NCBI RefSeq assembly: GCF_009914755.1
Contig: NC_060941.1
Source of the DNA: the human T2T-CHM13v2.0 reference genome, Homo sapiens
Reading direction: 5' to 3' (one strand)
Length of the DNA stretch: 64,000 nt
Part shown: positions 46,781 through 62,318 of the stretch, one piece after another
Layout: the number at the start of each line of letters is the position of its first letter
How positions within the stretch are numbered: the stretch's first letter is position 1
Program-made: the position numbers and the translations under genes
Notes under the pieces: model-generated
What the model saw: only the letters and a program-made list of their open reading frames with translations
What the model was told of the DNA's origin: nothing
The model's database searches: none

Positions 46781-47653
46781 ACTATCTGGTGAATTTCATA
46801 TATTGATTATTGGATGTTAAACCAACCTTGCATGCCTGGGATAAATCCCACTTGGTCACAATGTATTATCCTTTTTATATATTGTTGGATTTGATTAGTT
46901 ATTTTATAAAATGCTAAATTGGATGCACTAAATATTGCTTATAATTCCTAAATCTATGCTCTTAATGGACATTGGTCTGTAGTTTTCTTTTCCTGTATTA
47001 TCTTTGTCTGGTTTGGTATGAGGCGAAGGCTGGCCTCAGAATGAGCTGGAAAGCATTATCTCCTTTTCAATTTTCTCGAAGAGTTTGTGTAGAACTGGTG
47101 ATATTTCTTAAATCTATAGTAGAACTCCCCAGTAAAGGCATCTAGATCTGGAGTTTCCCTTGTGGAAAGGTTTTAACTATGAATTAAATTTCTTTAATAT
47201 ACATAGAGCTATTCAGGTTATCTATTTCTTCTTGTGTGAGTTTTGGTAGTTTGTGTCTTTCAAGGAGTCTATTTAATCTAAGCTGTCAAATTTACTGGCA
47301 TAAAGTTGTATCACATTCTTTTGTTACGCAGTTAATATTGATAGAATTTGTATTGATGTCACATTTTTCATGTTGATATTGGGAATTTGTGTCTTCTGCT
47401 TTTCCTCATCAGTCCTACTAGATGTGTATCAATTTTATTTTGGTACTACTGATGTTTGCTATTGTTTTTCTGATTTCCATTTCATTGGTTTCTGTTCTGA
47501 CCTTTCTTCTGCTTTCTTTGGTTTAATTTGCTCTTATTTTTCTAGTTCCTTCCTTCCTTCCTCCCTCCCTCCCTTCCCTTTTCCTTTTCCTTTTCTCTCT
47601 CTCTTCCTTCCTCTCTCTCTCTCTCTTTCCCTCTCCATGCCCCTCTCGCTCTC

Positions 47654-47813
47654 TTTTTTTTTCCCGACAGGGCCTCACTTTGGCTACCCTGGCTAGAGTG
47701 CAGTGGCTCAATCTTGGCTCACTGCAGCCTCAACTTCCTGGGCTCAGGTGTTTCTCCCACCTCAGCCTCCTAACTAGCTGAGAATACAGGTGCACACCAT
47801 CATACCTGGCTAA

Positions 47814-47847
<34 letters not shown>

Positions 47848-48285
47848 TGTGTTTTGAGATGGAATCTTGCTCTGTCACCCAGGCTGGAGTGTAGTAGAGC
47901 GATCTCGGCTCACCGCAACCTCTGCTCCGAGGTTCAAGCAATTCTCTTGCCTCAGCCTCCTGAGTAGTTGGGACTACACGTGTGCACCACCACACCTGGC
48001 TAATTTTTGTATTTTTAGTAGAGATGGGGTTTCACCATGTTGGCCAGGCTGGTCTTGAACTCCTGACCTGTCTTGGACAGGTGATCCACCTGCCTTGGCC
48101 TCCTCCCAAAGTGCTGGGATTACAGACGTGAGGCACCATGGCTGGCTGATTTTTTTGTAATTTTTTAGTAGAGATAGGGTTTTACCACGTTGCCCAGGCT
48201 GGTCTCAAACTCCTGGACTCAAGCAATCCACCTGCCTCGGCCTCCCAGATTGCTGGGATTACAGGCATGAGCCACCCATGCCTGG
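47654..48285 (-). mobile_element. AluJ with an AluS (about 47816-48146, (TG)n tail) inserted in its middle A-rich linker
   Basis: Right arm, full Alu, left arm in that order; (TG)n at 47816-47851. Confidence 0.88.
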
Positions 48286-49799
48286 CTTTTTCTAGTTTCT
48301 TGACATAAAAGCTGAGGGCATTGATTTGAGACTTTTAAAATCTACGCATTTTAAAAGAAAAGCATTTTATTGTCCTGTATATTTCCATGTAAGTATTGCT
48401 TCAGCAGCATTACATGAATTTTGAAATGTTATTGTTTTCATATTCATGAAGTTCAAAATACTAATGTCTCTTAATTTCCCCTTTGACCTATAAGTTACTT
48501 TGGAGTGTGTTATTTGGCTCCCAATTATTTAGGAATTTTTCCAGGGATCTTTTTGCTGTTGATTTCTAATTATGTTTCATTATGGCAGAGATTTTGAATG
48601 CTTTTACATAATATTTACTGTAACTGTGACATGACCCAGAATATGGTCTATTCTGGCAAATATGCACTTGAAAAGAATGTGTATTCTGATGCTGTTGGGC
48701 AGAATGTTTTATAAATGGTAACTAGTTCAACTCAGTTCAACTCAGTTGATAGTGTTCACATTTTCTATATGCTTACTGATTTTCTATTGACTTGTTCTAT
48801 CAATTATGGAGACAGAAGAATTGAAATTTCCAAATATAATTGTAGATTTCTCCATTTTCCCTTGTTCGTTTTTGCTTTATACATTTTGAAATTCTTTTAG
48901 GGCCATATATATTTAGGTTTGCTATGTTTCCTTCATGAATTCACCCACATTACTTTTACTATTATTTTTAAAACAGATAATTGTTTTTTAAAAAGATTTA
49001 ATCAACAAGGAAAAAATCTTAAAAATTTGCTTGTGTAGCTAATATTTCTAGTGCTCTTCTGTTATTTTTGGAGATCTATATTTCCATGTAGTATATTTTT
49101 ATTCTTTCTGAAGGACTTTAACATCTCTTGTACTGTGAGTCTTCTGGGAATAAACTGTTTTATCTTTCTTGTGTCTGAAAAGTCTTTTAATTCACCTTTG
49201 TTTTGGAAAGCTATTTTTGCTTGGTATGAAATTGTAGGTAGAGGGGGTTTTCCTTCAGTACTTTAAAGATGTTTCTCTATTGCTCTCTTGCTTGCATTGT
49301 TTCCAACGAGAAATCCTCTGTCATCTTATCCTTATTCCTCTGTATATAATGTGTCTTTCTCCTCTAGCAATGTTTATCACTGGCTTTGAGCAATTTGAAT
49401 GTGATATGCCTTAGTGTAGTTTTCTTCATGATTTTTTTTGTGCCTAGGGTTCATTGAACTTCTTGGATCTAAGGGTTTATATAGTTTTCATCAAATTTGG
49501 AAAAATTTCAGCCATTATTTCTTCAAGTATTTTTTCTGTCCTCCTCCTTCCTTCGGGGACTTCGCTTACTAGTCCTTTATATATAGGCCACTTGAAACTG
49601 TCCCACAGTTCCCTGATGACTTATTCATTTTTTGAAAATTTATCTTTTCTTTGTGCTTCATTTTGGATAGTTTCTATTGCTATGTCTTTAAATTCACCAA
49701 TTTTTAGTTCTGTAATATCTAATGTGCTGTTACTCCCAGCCACTGTAGTTTAATATCAGACATCATAGTTTTCATTTCTAAAAGTTCGATTTGAGTCTT

Positions 49800-49975
49800 T
49801 TTCTTTGTTTGTTCTTTGTTTTTTTTTTTGAGGCAAGGTCTTGATCTGTCACCCAGGCTGGAGTGCAGTGGCACAATCAGGGCTCACTGCAGCCTCAACC
49901 TCCTGGGCTCAAGTGATCTGCCCGCCCCAACCTCCCAAAGTGTTTGGATTACAGGCATGTGCCACGTGCCCTGCT
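49800..49975 (-). mobile_element. Alu monomer / recombined Alu
   Basis: Single-arm-length antisense Alu. Confidence 0.8.
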
Positions 49976-50572
49976 TATTTGGGTCTTTTTTGATATCTTG
50001 CACATCTTTAATTTTTGTTAAAACACAGTTGTAATAATTATTTTAATGTTGTTACTGGTGATTTCTAACATCTGTGGCAGTTCTGGGCTGCCCTCGAACT
50101 CCTGGGCTCAAGTGATCCCCCAGCCTCAGCCTCCCAAAGTGCTGGGATTACAGGGGTGAGCCACCATGTCCAGCTGTGTCCTACCTTTTGGGGACCATCT
50201 TCATTCTCGTATCCAGAACAAATACTACCTATTTTTTATGATATTTTCCCCAAATCTCGCTTCTATCTAGAGATGTACTTTTACCTCTGTGCTTTAAACC
50301 ACTTTCTTTATACTTCCACAAACTTATTATACATGATACATTTGTTTCCCTTGATAAGACAATAACCAATGGCAGGAGGTTGGTCTTTGCATCCTTGTGT
50401 CTAAAATGTCTGATATGTGACTGAACCTCAAGAAATAGATTTTTCTGGTTTCTATGATGCTGGCCAACCAACACTGACTTTTACATTATTCTTTTACCAT
50501 CTTAACTATTTTCAAGTATACAGTTCAGTAGTAATATTTCCACTGCCACTGTTGTGAAATAGATCTTCAGAA

Positions 50573-50856
50573 CTTTTTTTTTTTTTTCGAGCCAGGGTCT
50601 CACACTGTCATCCAGGCTGGAATAGCTCACTGCAGCCTTGACCTCCTAGCCTCAAGTGATCCTCCTGCCTGCCTCAGCCTTTGGAGTTGGAGTAGCTGGT
50701 ACTACAGGTGCATGCCACCACACCCTGCTAATTTTTAAATTTTTTTGAAGAGACAAGAGTCTTGCCATGTTGCTCAGCCTGGTCTCAAACTCCTGATCCT
50801 CCTGCCTCAGCCTACCAAAGTGCTGGAATTACAGGCATGAGCCATAGCACCTGGCC
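50573..50856 (-). mobile_element. AluJ
   Basis: Antisense Alu; TSD cagaacttttt. Confidence 0.9.
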
Positions 50857-51519
50857 CAGAACTTTTTCATCTTGCAAAAAGAAATACATATTTTAAAGGA
50901 ATGAACAAATTTGGAGCTGTCTTTTGATAAACTATGGGACAAAAAAACATTGATTTGCTCAAAGGCCTATAGCTAGCTGGTGGCAGAGTTAGGACTGGAA
51001 GCCACATTGTCTGTTTCCTGTCAAATACTCATTCCTAATAGGTCTGTTAATTCAAAGCATATGACAAGCACAGAAGGCCAAGAATTTCCATGCATCAAAG
51101 AAGCCTCAGATGTGGAAAGTTACTAATTCTGATGGCATAATTTAGCTAGGCTGCGCTTGGGTTGTTTTCATTTGTCTTGGTTAGCAAGAAATATAATATT
51201 CTTTAACAAATTGTTCTCTCATTTTTTTTTCTTTTTTCTGACAAAGAGTTCTCTGAATCATCTGGTTCTGTAAGGTCGCTTTCCTTTTCTATTTTATATC
51301 TAAATTTCTTTTCTTCTTATACCCTCAGATTCTTTTCATTTTGTAAATGACATTCTAGGCCTGGTATCTTTCTTCCTAAGACCAGATATAACTCTTTGCT
51401 TCATTTAGTAATGATTCTGTCTTACCAGCGATTGTTGCATGGGGATTTTTTCCACTATGAAAATTTTATGTGAATTTACTGGCTACTAGTTGCTTTGTTT
51501 CTGTGAGAAAGGGCAGTCT

Positions 51520-51832
51520 GGCCAGGCACAGTGGCTCACGCCTGTAATCCGAGCACTTTGACAGGCCGAGGTGGGAGGATCACCTGAGGTCAGGAGTTCG
51601 AGACCAGTCTGGCCAACATGGTGAAACCTTGTCTCTCCTAAAAATACAAAAATTAGCCAGGTGTGGTAGCGGGCGCCTGTAATCCCAGCTACTCAGGAGG
51701 CTGAGGCAAGGGAATCTTTTGAACGTGGGAGGCGGAGGTTGCAGTGAGCTGAGATCGCGCCACTGCACTCCAGCACTCCAGTCTGGGCAACAGAGCAAGA
51801 ATCCGTCTCAAAATAAAAAAAAAAAAAAAAAA
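51520..51832 (+). mobile_element. AluS
   Basis: Sense Alu; TSD aagggcagtct. Confidence 0.94.
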
Positions 51833-53263
51833 GGAAGGGCAGTCTAAAATAAAATAGTCTCGTATTAATGTTTAAATAATTTTTTCTGGTTATACAATTA
51901 ATACATAACAATTATAGGAAATTCAACATTCCATATTTTTTTGAGACAGCTAAAGACCAAAAATAAAAAATATTAAGTGCAAAAAACTTTTTTTTTGACC
52001 ATAAATATCATGTCGGCTACTTCTTTTGGTTTCAAATATTGAAGAAAAGGAGGCTTGGAATAATTTCTCTACGTGTCAAGGAGAAGCTAAAGGAAGCAAT
52101 TGCTATTACCTTTTTAAGACAGGTTAGAGGACGGTCTTTGAATTCAATAGAACAAACCTTTCCCCATTGAACAGAGAAGTCTGGGATTTGCAGAGGGTCT
52201 GGTAAGGAATGCATGCCATGGAGAAACACCTGAGCAAACCATAAGAATTCGTTTTCTGAGCCTTTGTCCATGTTCTAAGCTCTAGAAAATACTATGTCCC
52301 TCATCCTCTTAAAATTCAGGGGGAAAAATTAATCTGATAGAATGATCTCTTCCTCTCTTCTCTGGTGGTAAGTTTCTCATCTCCACTCTAGTGTTGCCTA
52401 TAACTGAAAGTATCACAGATTCTAGCATCTTGGGGACAGAATGGGCCCAGAGGCTTTCCTATTCCCTATGTGTGCAAATGACATTTTGAACCCAAAGCAG
52501 AATTTTACATTTATATAGTTGTGTGGTTTCTTCTCATTATTCTGGTTTGTCAAGATACTTTGAATCCTAACTTGTCATCAAAATATAAGTTATCCTTCCT
52601 GGGTTTTTCTTATTTGCAAATTTGTAAGTATGTCTTCATTCAAGTCATTGTTTAAGAAAAATTGTGTTAGTTTTACCCAATTTCTTCTCACTGAACTTAT
52701 GCTTTCTTTGGTTGCTTTTTCCCTTCTAAGTACGTATAAACTATGACAATTTTAGAATTTTGCTGAAAATTTATGTCAGGTTCAACAATAATTACATATA
52801 ATTTTTGCATCTGTGTTCACATTTGCACAAGGAAAACCTTTACCTGCCTTCAGTCTCTTGGCCCTTTTCCACTCTCCATGACTGCTCAAAGATGTCTGAG
52901 AGTGAATGGGGGTTCATATGAAGATGCTTTCCAGTGTCTCAGGATGTGAGTCATCTGGCCTGGAGTGTGAATTAATAAAGCATCCAGCAGTCCTCTTTTC
53001 CTAGCTGGGCTTTAAATTCCCTCTTGATGCTTGTTCTTCGTTTCAAAAACTTATTTCTTGATGGGTATGATGAAAACAAGTTTCTTTAACATGATACCAT
53101 TTTCTCTAAACGGTGATGTCTTTCCTACCCTTGTAACAACAAGCAGTGCTCCTCTCTCATTTTTGTTACTAGTTTTTCCAAGACTCATTAGGTTAGGACT
53201 CTGTTGGATGCAAGTTACATAAACTCAATTCATAGTGACTTAAGCAAAAAGGAAAAGTTGTTA

Positions 53264-53680
<417 letters not shown>

Positions 53681-54741
53681 TTAACAAGGCTGAGTTTTGT
53701 TTATCCAATTTTTGTTGGACGAACTAGCAGGGTCAATGGAGGCTGTGAATACCTGGGGTTCTTGGGCCTTCAGCCTCTCTCCCACCCTTCAGCCTACCCC
53801 TTCTTGGTCCCCTAGTCTTCCCCTCCCTCTGCTCTTCAGCCTCCCTTCCCTGTGGGATTGGCGGCCCAGATGCACTGGGCACAGACTCTCCTTTCTTCCC
53901 TTCTCTCCTCTGTTCCAGCTACTTCCAGCTGCAGCAGCAGGGCCAGAAACAAACGGACCATTCCTTAAACTGTTGTTATGAAAACAAAATGAAAATCAAT
54001 CAATTAGAACTTTGTAGAAATCCTCAAAGGCTATTAATTGCCATCTCACCTAGCTGAATTATATACTTTATATAAAGAGTCAAAAGAAACACATTTTTGG
54101 TAAATCTATAAATTTGGTAAATTAGATGAATTAGTCATCTGGCAAATTTGATAGAAGAAAGCTAAATATCAAATGGAAAATAACAAAGAAGATTTCAGAA
54201 TTTAGGATAAGCTAAAGTCCCCATAGGAAATGCTAAAATCTGTGGATTTTGACAGTTCCTGGTTGGACAGTGTGTAGAGCTACCTTCTAGGAAAAATGTG
54301 GATCTGCATGACCTGAAATGTAGGTTGCTTGTTTCTGACAGTCAAGCCCTAGTATCTGGCACTGCTATCTGGGAGGAATCCCTTTAAGGGCACGATGCCT
54401 GATAAAAGACACACGTGCTTGCTAGTTCTTTGGAAGCATCTGAAAGAGGGATGTCCTTCTCTGATCGTTCAAAATAAACTCCAAACAGCATACCTGTACA
54501 TTTGAGTGAAGTCCATTTTTTTCTGCTCCACTTAATAAAAAGACTAAACCAACCCAAGAGCCTTAGTTTTTTTCATCCTGAACATGTATTAAAAAGCTGT
54601 TAGAAGGGACATATTCAAGGAGTTTTTTCAAGAGTAGTTTTTGGTAACTTCACAAATTTTTATAACTTCCATGAACTGGTATTGGGCAAACTGACTTCTG
54701 GTGAACTAATTTTTAAAATCCATTTAAAAAACTGTGGCAAA

Positions 54742-55209
<468 letters not shown>

Positions 55210-55242
55210 TCACACAAAATCAACAAACGGCATACAGTCTGA

Positions 55243-55259
55243 TGGCCACAAGGTGGCCG
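55243..55259 (+). promoter_or_regulatory. Candidate CTCF-like motif
   Basis: TGGCCACAAGGTGGCCG resembles the CTCF core TGGCCACNAGGTGGC(A/G); motif match only. Confidence 0.25.
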
Positions 55260-57840
55260 GCCTCGTGGGGAGGCAGACCTGGGGCTTGGATGTTTCAGGT
55301 CCTGCTTCACCTTGAGTCCTGCTGCTCCCCGTGGGTTCCCTATGCTCTACGCTGTTCTCTCTTACTGAACCCAACTTCTCACCTTTGGGAACGTGTTGAG
55401 CCACAGCTCCCAAATGTTTTGCCTTCATGCATAGAAGAGGCAATGAATTATAAGTCTTCTCTGATCCAAAGCCCAAAAATCTTGAGGGATGGGGAAAGTG
55501 GTCCGGGTTGGGTCAGATACTACCTGTGCCCTGTACTCAGCTCTTTCCAGGGAGTAGGGCGATGTAAGGATGTGGTGCCTCTCGTCGGACCATGCAGAAG
55601 TGTGACAGGGGAGAGGAAGGTCCCAGAAGAAGGGATTACTGGACAGACCAAACAATAAATGCCTCCACACCCAAGCTCCGCCTCCTCCTCAATTTAACAT
55701 TTCCGTCATTCACACTGTCCCTTGAGAATCTTCTCTCCCTACGAACAGCTGTAGAACAGGAGGAAGCTTCTTTAACTTCGTGCTTCCTTGCTGACCCTGA
55801 AGGTAAAAATCTAGGTCCTTCTCATTCTAGGGATTTTTATTGCTAATTACTAAAGGGGTGGCAAAATAACAATTTCAGGGAAGCTACAAAAGCTAAAGAA
55901 TTTTGTTATAGTTTTTACTCCATGAGGATTTTTGATTTCTGGTTTTATTACTGAGGTTTAACACCTGCCTTTGTAACTTCTATCTTGCTAGTTCTTTCTC
56001 TGTTCAATTAACTCTTTTTGGCATGTGGGGCCCACAGATGTATTACATATCAACTAGTGTTCCTCAAGTTCCCACTTCCCTTAAGTGAAAAATTATTTTG
56101 CATTCTTGAGCATGTATAGGCTAGGTGACATCTGTGTCTTCAGGCTTTGTCTTGTTGGGCAGTTTTATATTTTTATACTTACTTCTCCCCATTACTTATA
56201 TGATAAAGTTCAAATTCATTGGCATGGGCTTTTATAAGCTTCTACTTATTTTTCCAGTCTCATTTCTTGCTACAGCCCCTTTGGTCCCCTGCAATCACTC
56301 AACTCTCCAAATGTACCAGCTCCACCAAGTTTTTGCATATTCTCCTCCCTTCTATGGGGAGCATCTCACCTCATCCCCCAGCTCATAACCTCCAACTAGA
56401 CTTGAAGACCCAACTGGGTGATCATTTGCTCTGCCAGGGATCTCCTGACTCTGGTAGGCAAAGAGGGCTGGTTTATCCCCTGTGTTTCCATGGCCTTTGT
56501 CCATGGTTTTATTACAGTACATACCAGGCAGTATAATGTACATGCTGTCTTTTCATGGGATTAAGAGCTGTTTGAAGGGAAAGGACTGGAAAGGACCACA
56601 GGGTTCTTCTTGGTATCCCTCCTACCACCCGCAGCCTGACCTGTGATGGGTGCTTAGTGAATGCATGCTGAATGATGGTATAAAAATAGAACAGTGTTTG
56701 TGGCAGATAAAACACTTCACTGAGTATATTATGCTTATATAAACTCCTGATTCCAATATAGCTGCTAAGACCTGAAATAAACACATTAAGAGAGCTTTTT
56801 AAAAATTGCATTAAGTTAAAGAGTTATATCTGACATTCAATTTAGAAAAAAATTCCAACAGATAGCATGGTATTATTCACTAATCATTTGGTGAATTCAT
56901 GAATACCTCACAGGAAGATCTCTGTTTTAACATATATTGTAAGGTTTAGAGCTACGGCCTTTAAAAAGTAATATGATTACTCTAAAGGTACAATAGCTAC
57001 CTGCGGAAATGATGAAAAGATCAGTTTTCCAGTATTTTTGGATTCACTCTTTCAACATAAAAGACAATGATGAACACGTCACAAAGCAAATAAGAATCTT
57101 TGATTTGCACAAAAATCCCCAGAAAATCTCCCGTCATCAAGGCAGGTAAAGCTGAGGATGACTGTGCCCCTGCACAACCTCTTGGTGAGCTCTGCCCAAG
57201 GGCAGCCGCTTCTCAGTGCAGATGGGCACCGTGCATAGGGAGAGATGGAAAGTCAGTGGATTGCTCACAGTACACAACAGCTGTTACACTTTAACATTGT
57301 TTGATTTTTGCCCCAGCTTAGTCACACTGAAAACCTTTTAAGATTTCTCTCTGTACTCTTTTGTGTATAGCAGGTGGGACTGAGTGCATGTAAATAGGTT
57401 AAGTTCATTATGTGGAAGCCTGCTCTTTGCAGGTGGAGTTTCCTATCTGGAAGTGGGCAGGTGGGCCCTCACTGCGAACTTCTTAGGGTAATTAAAAACC
57501 ATTGCTTAGAGTGACAGGCGGCTCTTTCTAGGACAAGTGGATGTGGTAAACAGGATCCTGGTTCTGTGTGATTTCTCTGTAATCCTCCACTCAATTCTAC
57601 TCTCCATTCCTTCTTTACCCCTTTTCTCTGAGCCTCAGCCCTCTTTCCATCCCGCCTTTCTTCACTGGGGCAGTAGGGGATGTTTCTTTTGCACTTGTCA
57701 GCAATTTCAAAAACACAAATCTTTGGTGATTTCATCAAAAAAAAAAACAAACCTACTTTCATCGCAATGGCATCAGCAAATTGGCCATATGAAAACATGA
57801 TGTGCTCCTTCTGGTCATTTTCTATGTCAGTTCATGAAAC

Positions 57841-58009
57841 CAGTGGCCATCAAGCTTGAGCATAGGGATCACCTGGGTAGCTCACTAAGCATGTAGGTTC
57901 CTGGAGGGTCTGATTTAGAGGGCCTGGGATGGGCCCGGGGAGCTGCCTTTTGAAAAAACACCTTCAGGTTATTCTAATGCCGATGGAGCCCACACTTTAA
58001 GGACCCCTG
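57841..58009. mobile_element. MER5A-type hAT MITE
   Basis: cagtgg...atcacctggg...ctgggatgggcccggg...caggttattctaatgc...cacactttaaggacccctg. Confidence 0.7.
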
Positions 58010-58166
58010 ATAAAGAAAGACTGTCATAGTCTTTTTCATGGCTGCATGCTGCTTAATTGTATGGAAATACCATCAAGTATTTAATCATGTTTGTTTTGAT
58101 GAACTTTTATATGGTTTCTAAGTTTTCGCAATTAAAAACAATGTGTTTTCTTTTTATTATGTCTTG

Positions 58167-58291
58167 CACACCCTTATGTCAAGGGCTGACTCAATAATCA
58201 CAGCAAGAGAGCCACTCTGCTATGTACAAAACCCTGACCCAGAAGCAGGTTGTCCAAGAATGGTTTAGCACCAGGTTCCCCAGGAATGTAC
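58167..58291 (-). pseudogene. Retroposed fragment of the 28S (LSU) rRNA 3' terminus
   Basis: Minus strand ggggaacctggtgctaaaccattcttggacaacctgcttctgggtcagggttttgtacatagcagagtggctctcttgctgtgattattgagtcagcccttgacataagggt matches the recalled final ~125 nt of mammalian 28S rRNA, with CpGs decayed. Confidence 0.92.
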
Positions 58292-58299
58292 ATGGAATA

Positions 58300-58520
58300 A
58301 TTTTATAGCCATCAAAAATCCCCAGTGCTTCACCTTTTTAACCCTCCCTCATCTCCAAACCCCTGGTAACCACAGGCTTTGCCATCTCTGTAGTTTTACC
58401 TTTTCCAGAATGTCACATAAGTGGAATAATACAGTATGTAGGCCTCTCGGACTGTCTTCTTTCACTTAGCAACATGCACTTAAGATGGATGCATCAATGT
58501 TGTTGTGTAGAGTTATTAAT
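58300..58520 (-). mobile_element. L1MC/MD-type 3'UTR fragment
   Basis: cccctggtaaccac...gttttaccttttccagaatgtca...cttctttcacttagcaacatgca. Confidence 0.75.
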
Positions 58521-59731
58521 TGTTCTTTTGGATTTATCCTTTATTTTACCTGATTCTTTTATGATTTCAGTTTTTACAATTAACTCTTTAGTCAATTTGG
58601 TGTTTACACCAACAATAATTTTAACAAGCAAAAAATATAAATAAAATTATTTTATATGGTACTACAGTGGTGGATACATGACACTGCATTTGTCAAAATC
58701 CATATAGCACCTTAAAAATACCAACCAGGAGGGGAGGGGATGCCAGAATAAGATGGAACTGTGAGAAAACAATCTAGCTGTGTTACAAATGTTCGATATA
58801 ACTTGTGTAAAGTACAACAATGTAGGGGCAAGGAAAAAGACTTACTGACCTAAGTAATAACTCTGGAAATGACTGGAACCATAAAACTAAAAACAAATAA
58901 AACTGTATATACTGTATATAGCACTGAAAAAAACCCCAGCAAAACAAAACAATGTGAAACCATTTGTTTTTCTTGCCCAGTACCGTATCACTTCCGCTTC
59001 TTTCGGGAAATGCTGGCCCCGTACACTTCGTCCCCAGTCACTCCCACCCCACTCTGCTTCACTCTCTTCCAAAACATGCTCTTCCTCAGGTTTTACTGGA
59101 GACTTCCATGTTCTTGGAAGACACCACTTCTCTGGCCAAAGTGACTGTCACTGGGGTAGGTGTCTTACCCATGCCATGACAACCATTACTCTGGCCACAG
59201 TTATTGAGTCAGTGGGAACATTTCCCTGGGGTTTTAGGACAATAGCCCAGAGAACATTCTCTTAATTTCCCCCTGGTGGCAAGGCTGGAAAAGGAGATAT
59301 AGAGTTATTTGGAGACATTTCCAGCCATGTGGAAGCCACCACTACAGGAGAGTGAACCTGGCAAGACAAGAGATGTGAAGATGAGAGATGGAGATTGTGA
59401 CAGCATTTGACTCCTGGATCACAGCTGTTCCTCCTCCAGAGAGCCCCAGTAGCATGCTTTCTGAGGCTCGTTTGTCTGCTAAACACAAATGACAACTTGG
59501 TTGGGCATACAATTGTTGCTCTCTAAGCTTTTCTCCTTAGAAGACTAAAGATGTTGCTCCACAGGATTCTGGCATTTACTGCTGCAGTACAGAAGACGGA
59601 GGGAATCCTAATTTTTGTTCCTTTGTAAGAGAATCTCATTCCACTCCCAGGTCTGTGTGTTTAATACATACTTTATAATTTCAAGGATTAACTATAAACA
59701 TAGTTATATATAAAGAAAAGTTATATATATT

Positions 59732-60875
<1,144 letters not shown>

Positions 60876-61199
60876 GCTGGCTTGTGTGCACAGACTCTAG
60901 TTGTGGTTGCAAAGTCTTCTACTTATTATGAAACTGCTGATCTGAGTAGGAATTCCTACATCCTGCTTCCTTGTCAGCTCACTGACAAGGAGAGTCTGAA
61001 ATTATTTCTAGTTCTGTAGTTGTTAAAGAAAAGTGAATGGAAAGCTGCAGCCCCCAGCATTCAACATACTCATGGCTCTTCCAGCCCACAGCCCTTTTAG
61101 TTGCTGATTTAATATCTTGAAATGCCTCCTCCCTTCTGTCCCACACATATTACATTGCTTAGCCCTGTAATCCTGGAATCAATCAAGGAAAGAGACATT

Positions 61200-61560
61200 C
61201 ATATGGTGGTATGAAGGCTGGCAAGTGGCAGGGATAGCCAGAAGTTGGTTAACGGATATAAAATTACAGCTAGAGAGGAGGAATGAGTTCTAGCATTCTC
61301 TAGCACTGCAGGGTGAATATAGAACCCTATTCTGTAATCTTATCTGTAATCGGTCACAATTAACAATTTATTGCATATTTTCAAATAGCTAGAAGAGAGG
61401 ATTTTCAATATTCCTAATGAAAAGAAATGATAAATGTCTGAGGTGATAGATATGCTAATTACCTTGATTTGATCATTATACCTTGTATACAGGTATCAAA
61501 ATATCACTGTATCCCATAAATATGTATAATCATTGTGTCAGAAAAATAACTTAAAAAAAG
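61200..61560 (+). mobile_element. L1MA 3'UTR
   Basis: aaaattacagctagagaggaggaatgagttctag ... caaatagctagaagagaggatttt ... gaggtgatagatatgctaattacc ... cccataaatatgta. Confidence 0.88.
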
Positions 61561-61729
61561 GAAAAGAGGTATTCATAAAGGGAAGGAAACTATCAGAAGA
61601 ATTTTTCCTTTCTTTCATACAGGAGAAGGATTGAGTTACCATCTTCTGGTGGGCAAGGTGCACCTATCAGTAGGAAGGGCTAGAAGCACCCTACCGCGAG
61701 TGGGGCCTATCAGTCAGCAATTCTCTGTT

Positions 61730-62030
61730 TAACAATGAGTATTCAACAGTTATTTACAGGGAACCTTCTGTGTGCCAGCACTGTTTTGGGCACTAGGGAA
61801 ACTGCAGGGAACAATATAAATAAAGTCTCTGCTTACATAAAACTTGTATTCCAGTTGGAATATATACAATACACAAGTAAAGATACAGCATGTCAGGTGG
61901 AGTTGACAGCCATGGGGAAAGATTAGGGGGGTTTGGGGACAGGGTGTGGTGGGACAGGGTGAATTGCTATTCTCCAGAGGACAGTCAGGGAAGACCTGGT
62001 GAGACGATACATGAGCAGGGGTGAAGGATG
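61730..62030 (-). mobile_element. L2 3' fragment
   Basis: attcaacagttattta...tgtgtgccagcactgttttgggcactaggga...agtcagggaagacct. Confidence 0.7.
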
Positions 62031-62318
62031 CCCCTCTTGGCAGGTCCAGGATTGAATCACATTTCTAGTTTCCAGCACTACAGAAAGGTGTCCTTGCTTC
62101 CTGTGTTTTCACGTGTATCTCTATTGGAAGGCAGAGGAAAGTGAATTGTGGCCACTCACTTTTCTGTCCCCCATAAGTCAGGTGCCTTCAATAATTATTT
62201 TAAATAGCTCAAATACCCTAAATTTGATGGACCAAAATTTAATCAACCAGTCCTCCACAGCTGGCAATCGACATGGCATACCTTTATTTTGCTTATGGAA
62301 TATAAACTATTAAAATGA

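Noticed and set aside
57067-57155. C/D-box snoRNA (ATGATGA ... CTGA)
   Set aside because: No terminal stem, no convincing internal boxes and no recognisable rRNA-antisense element
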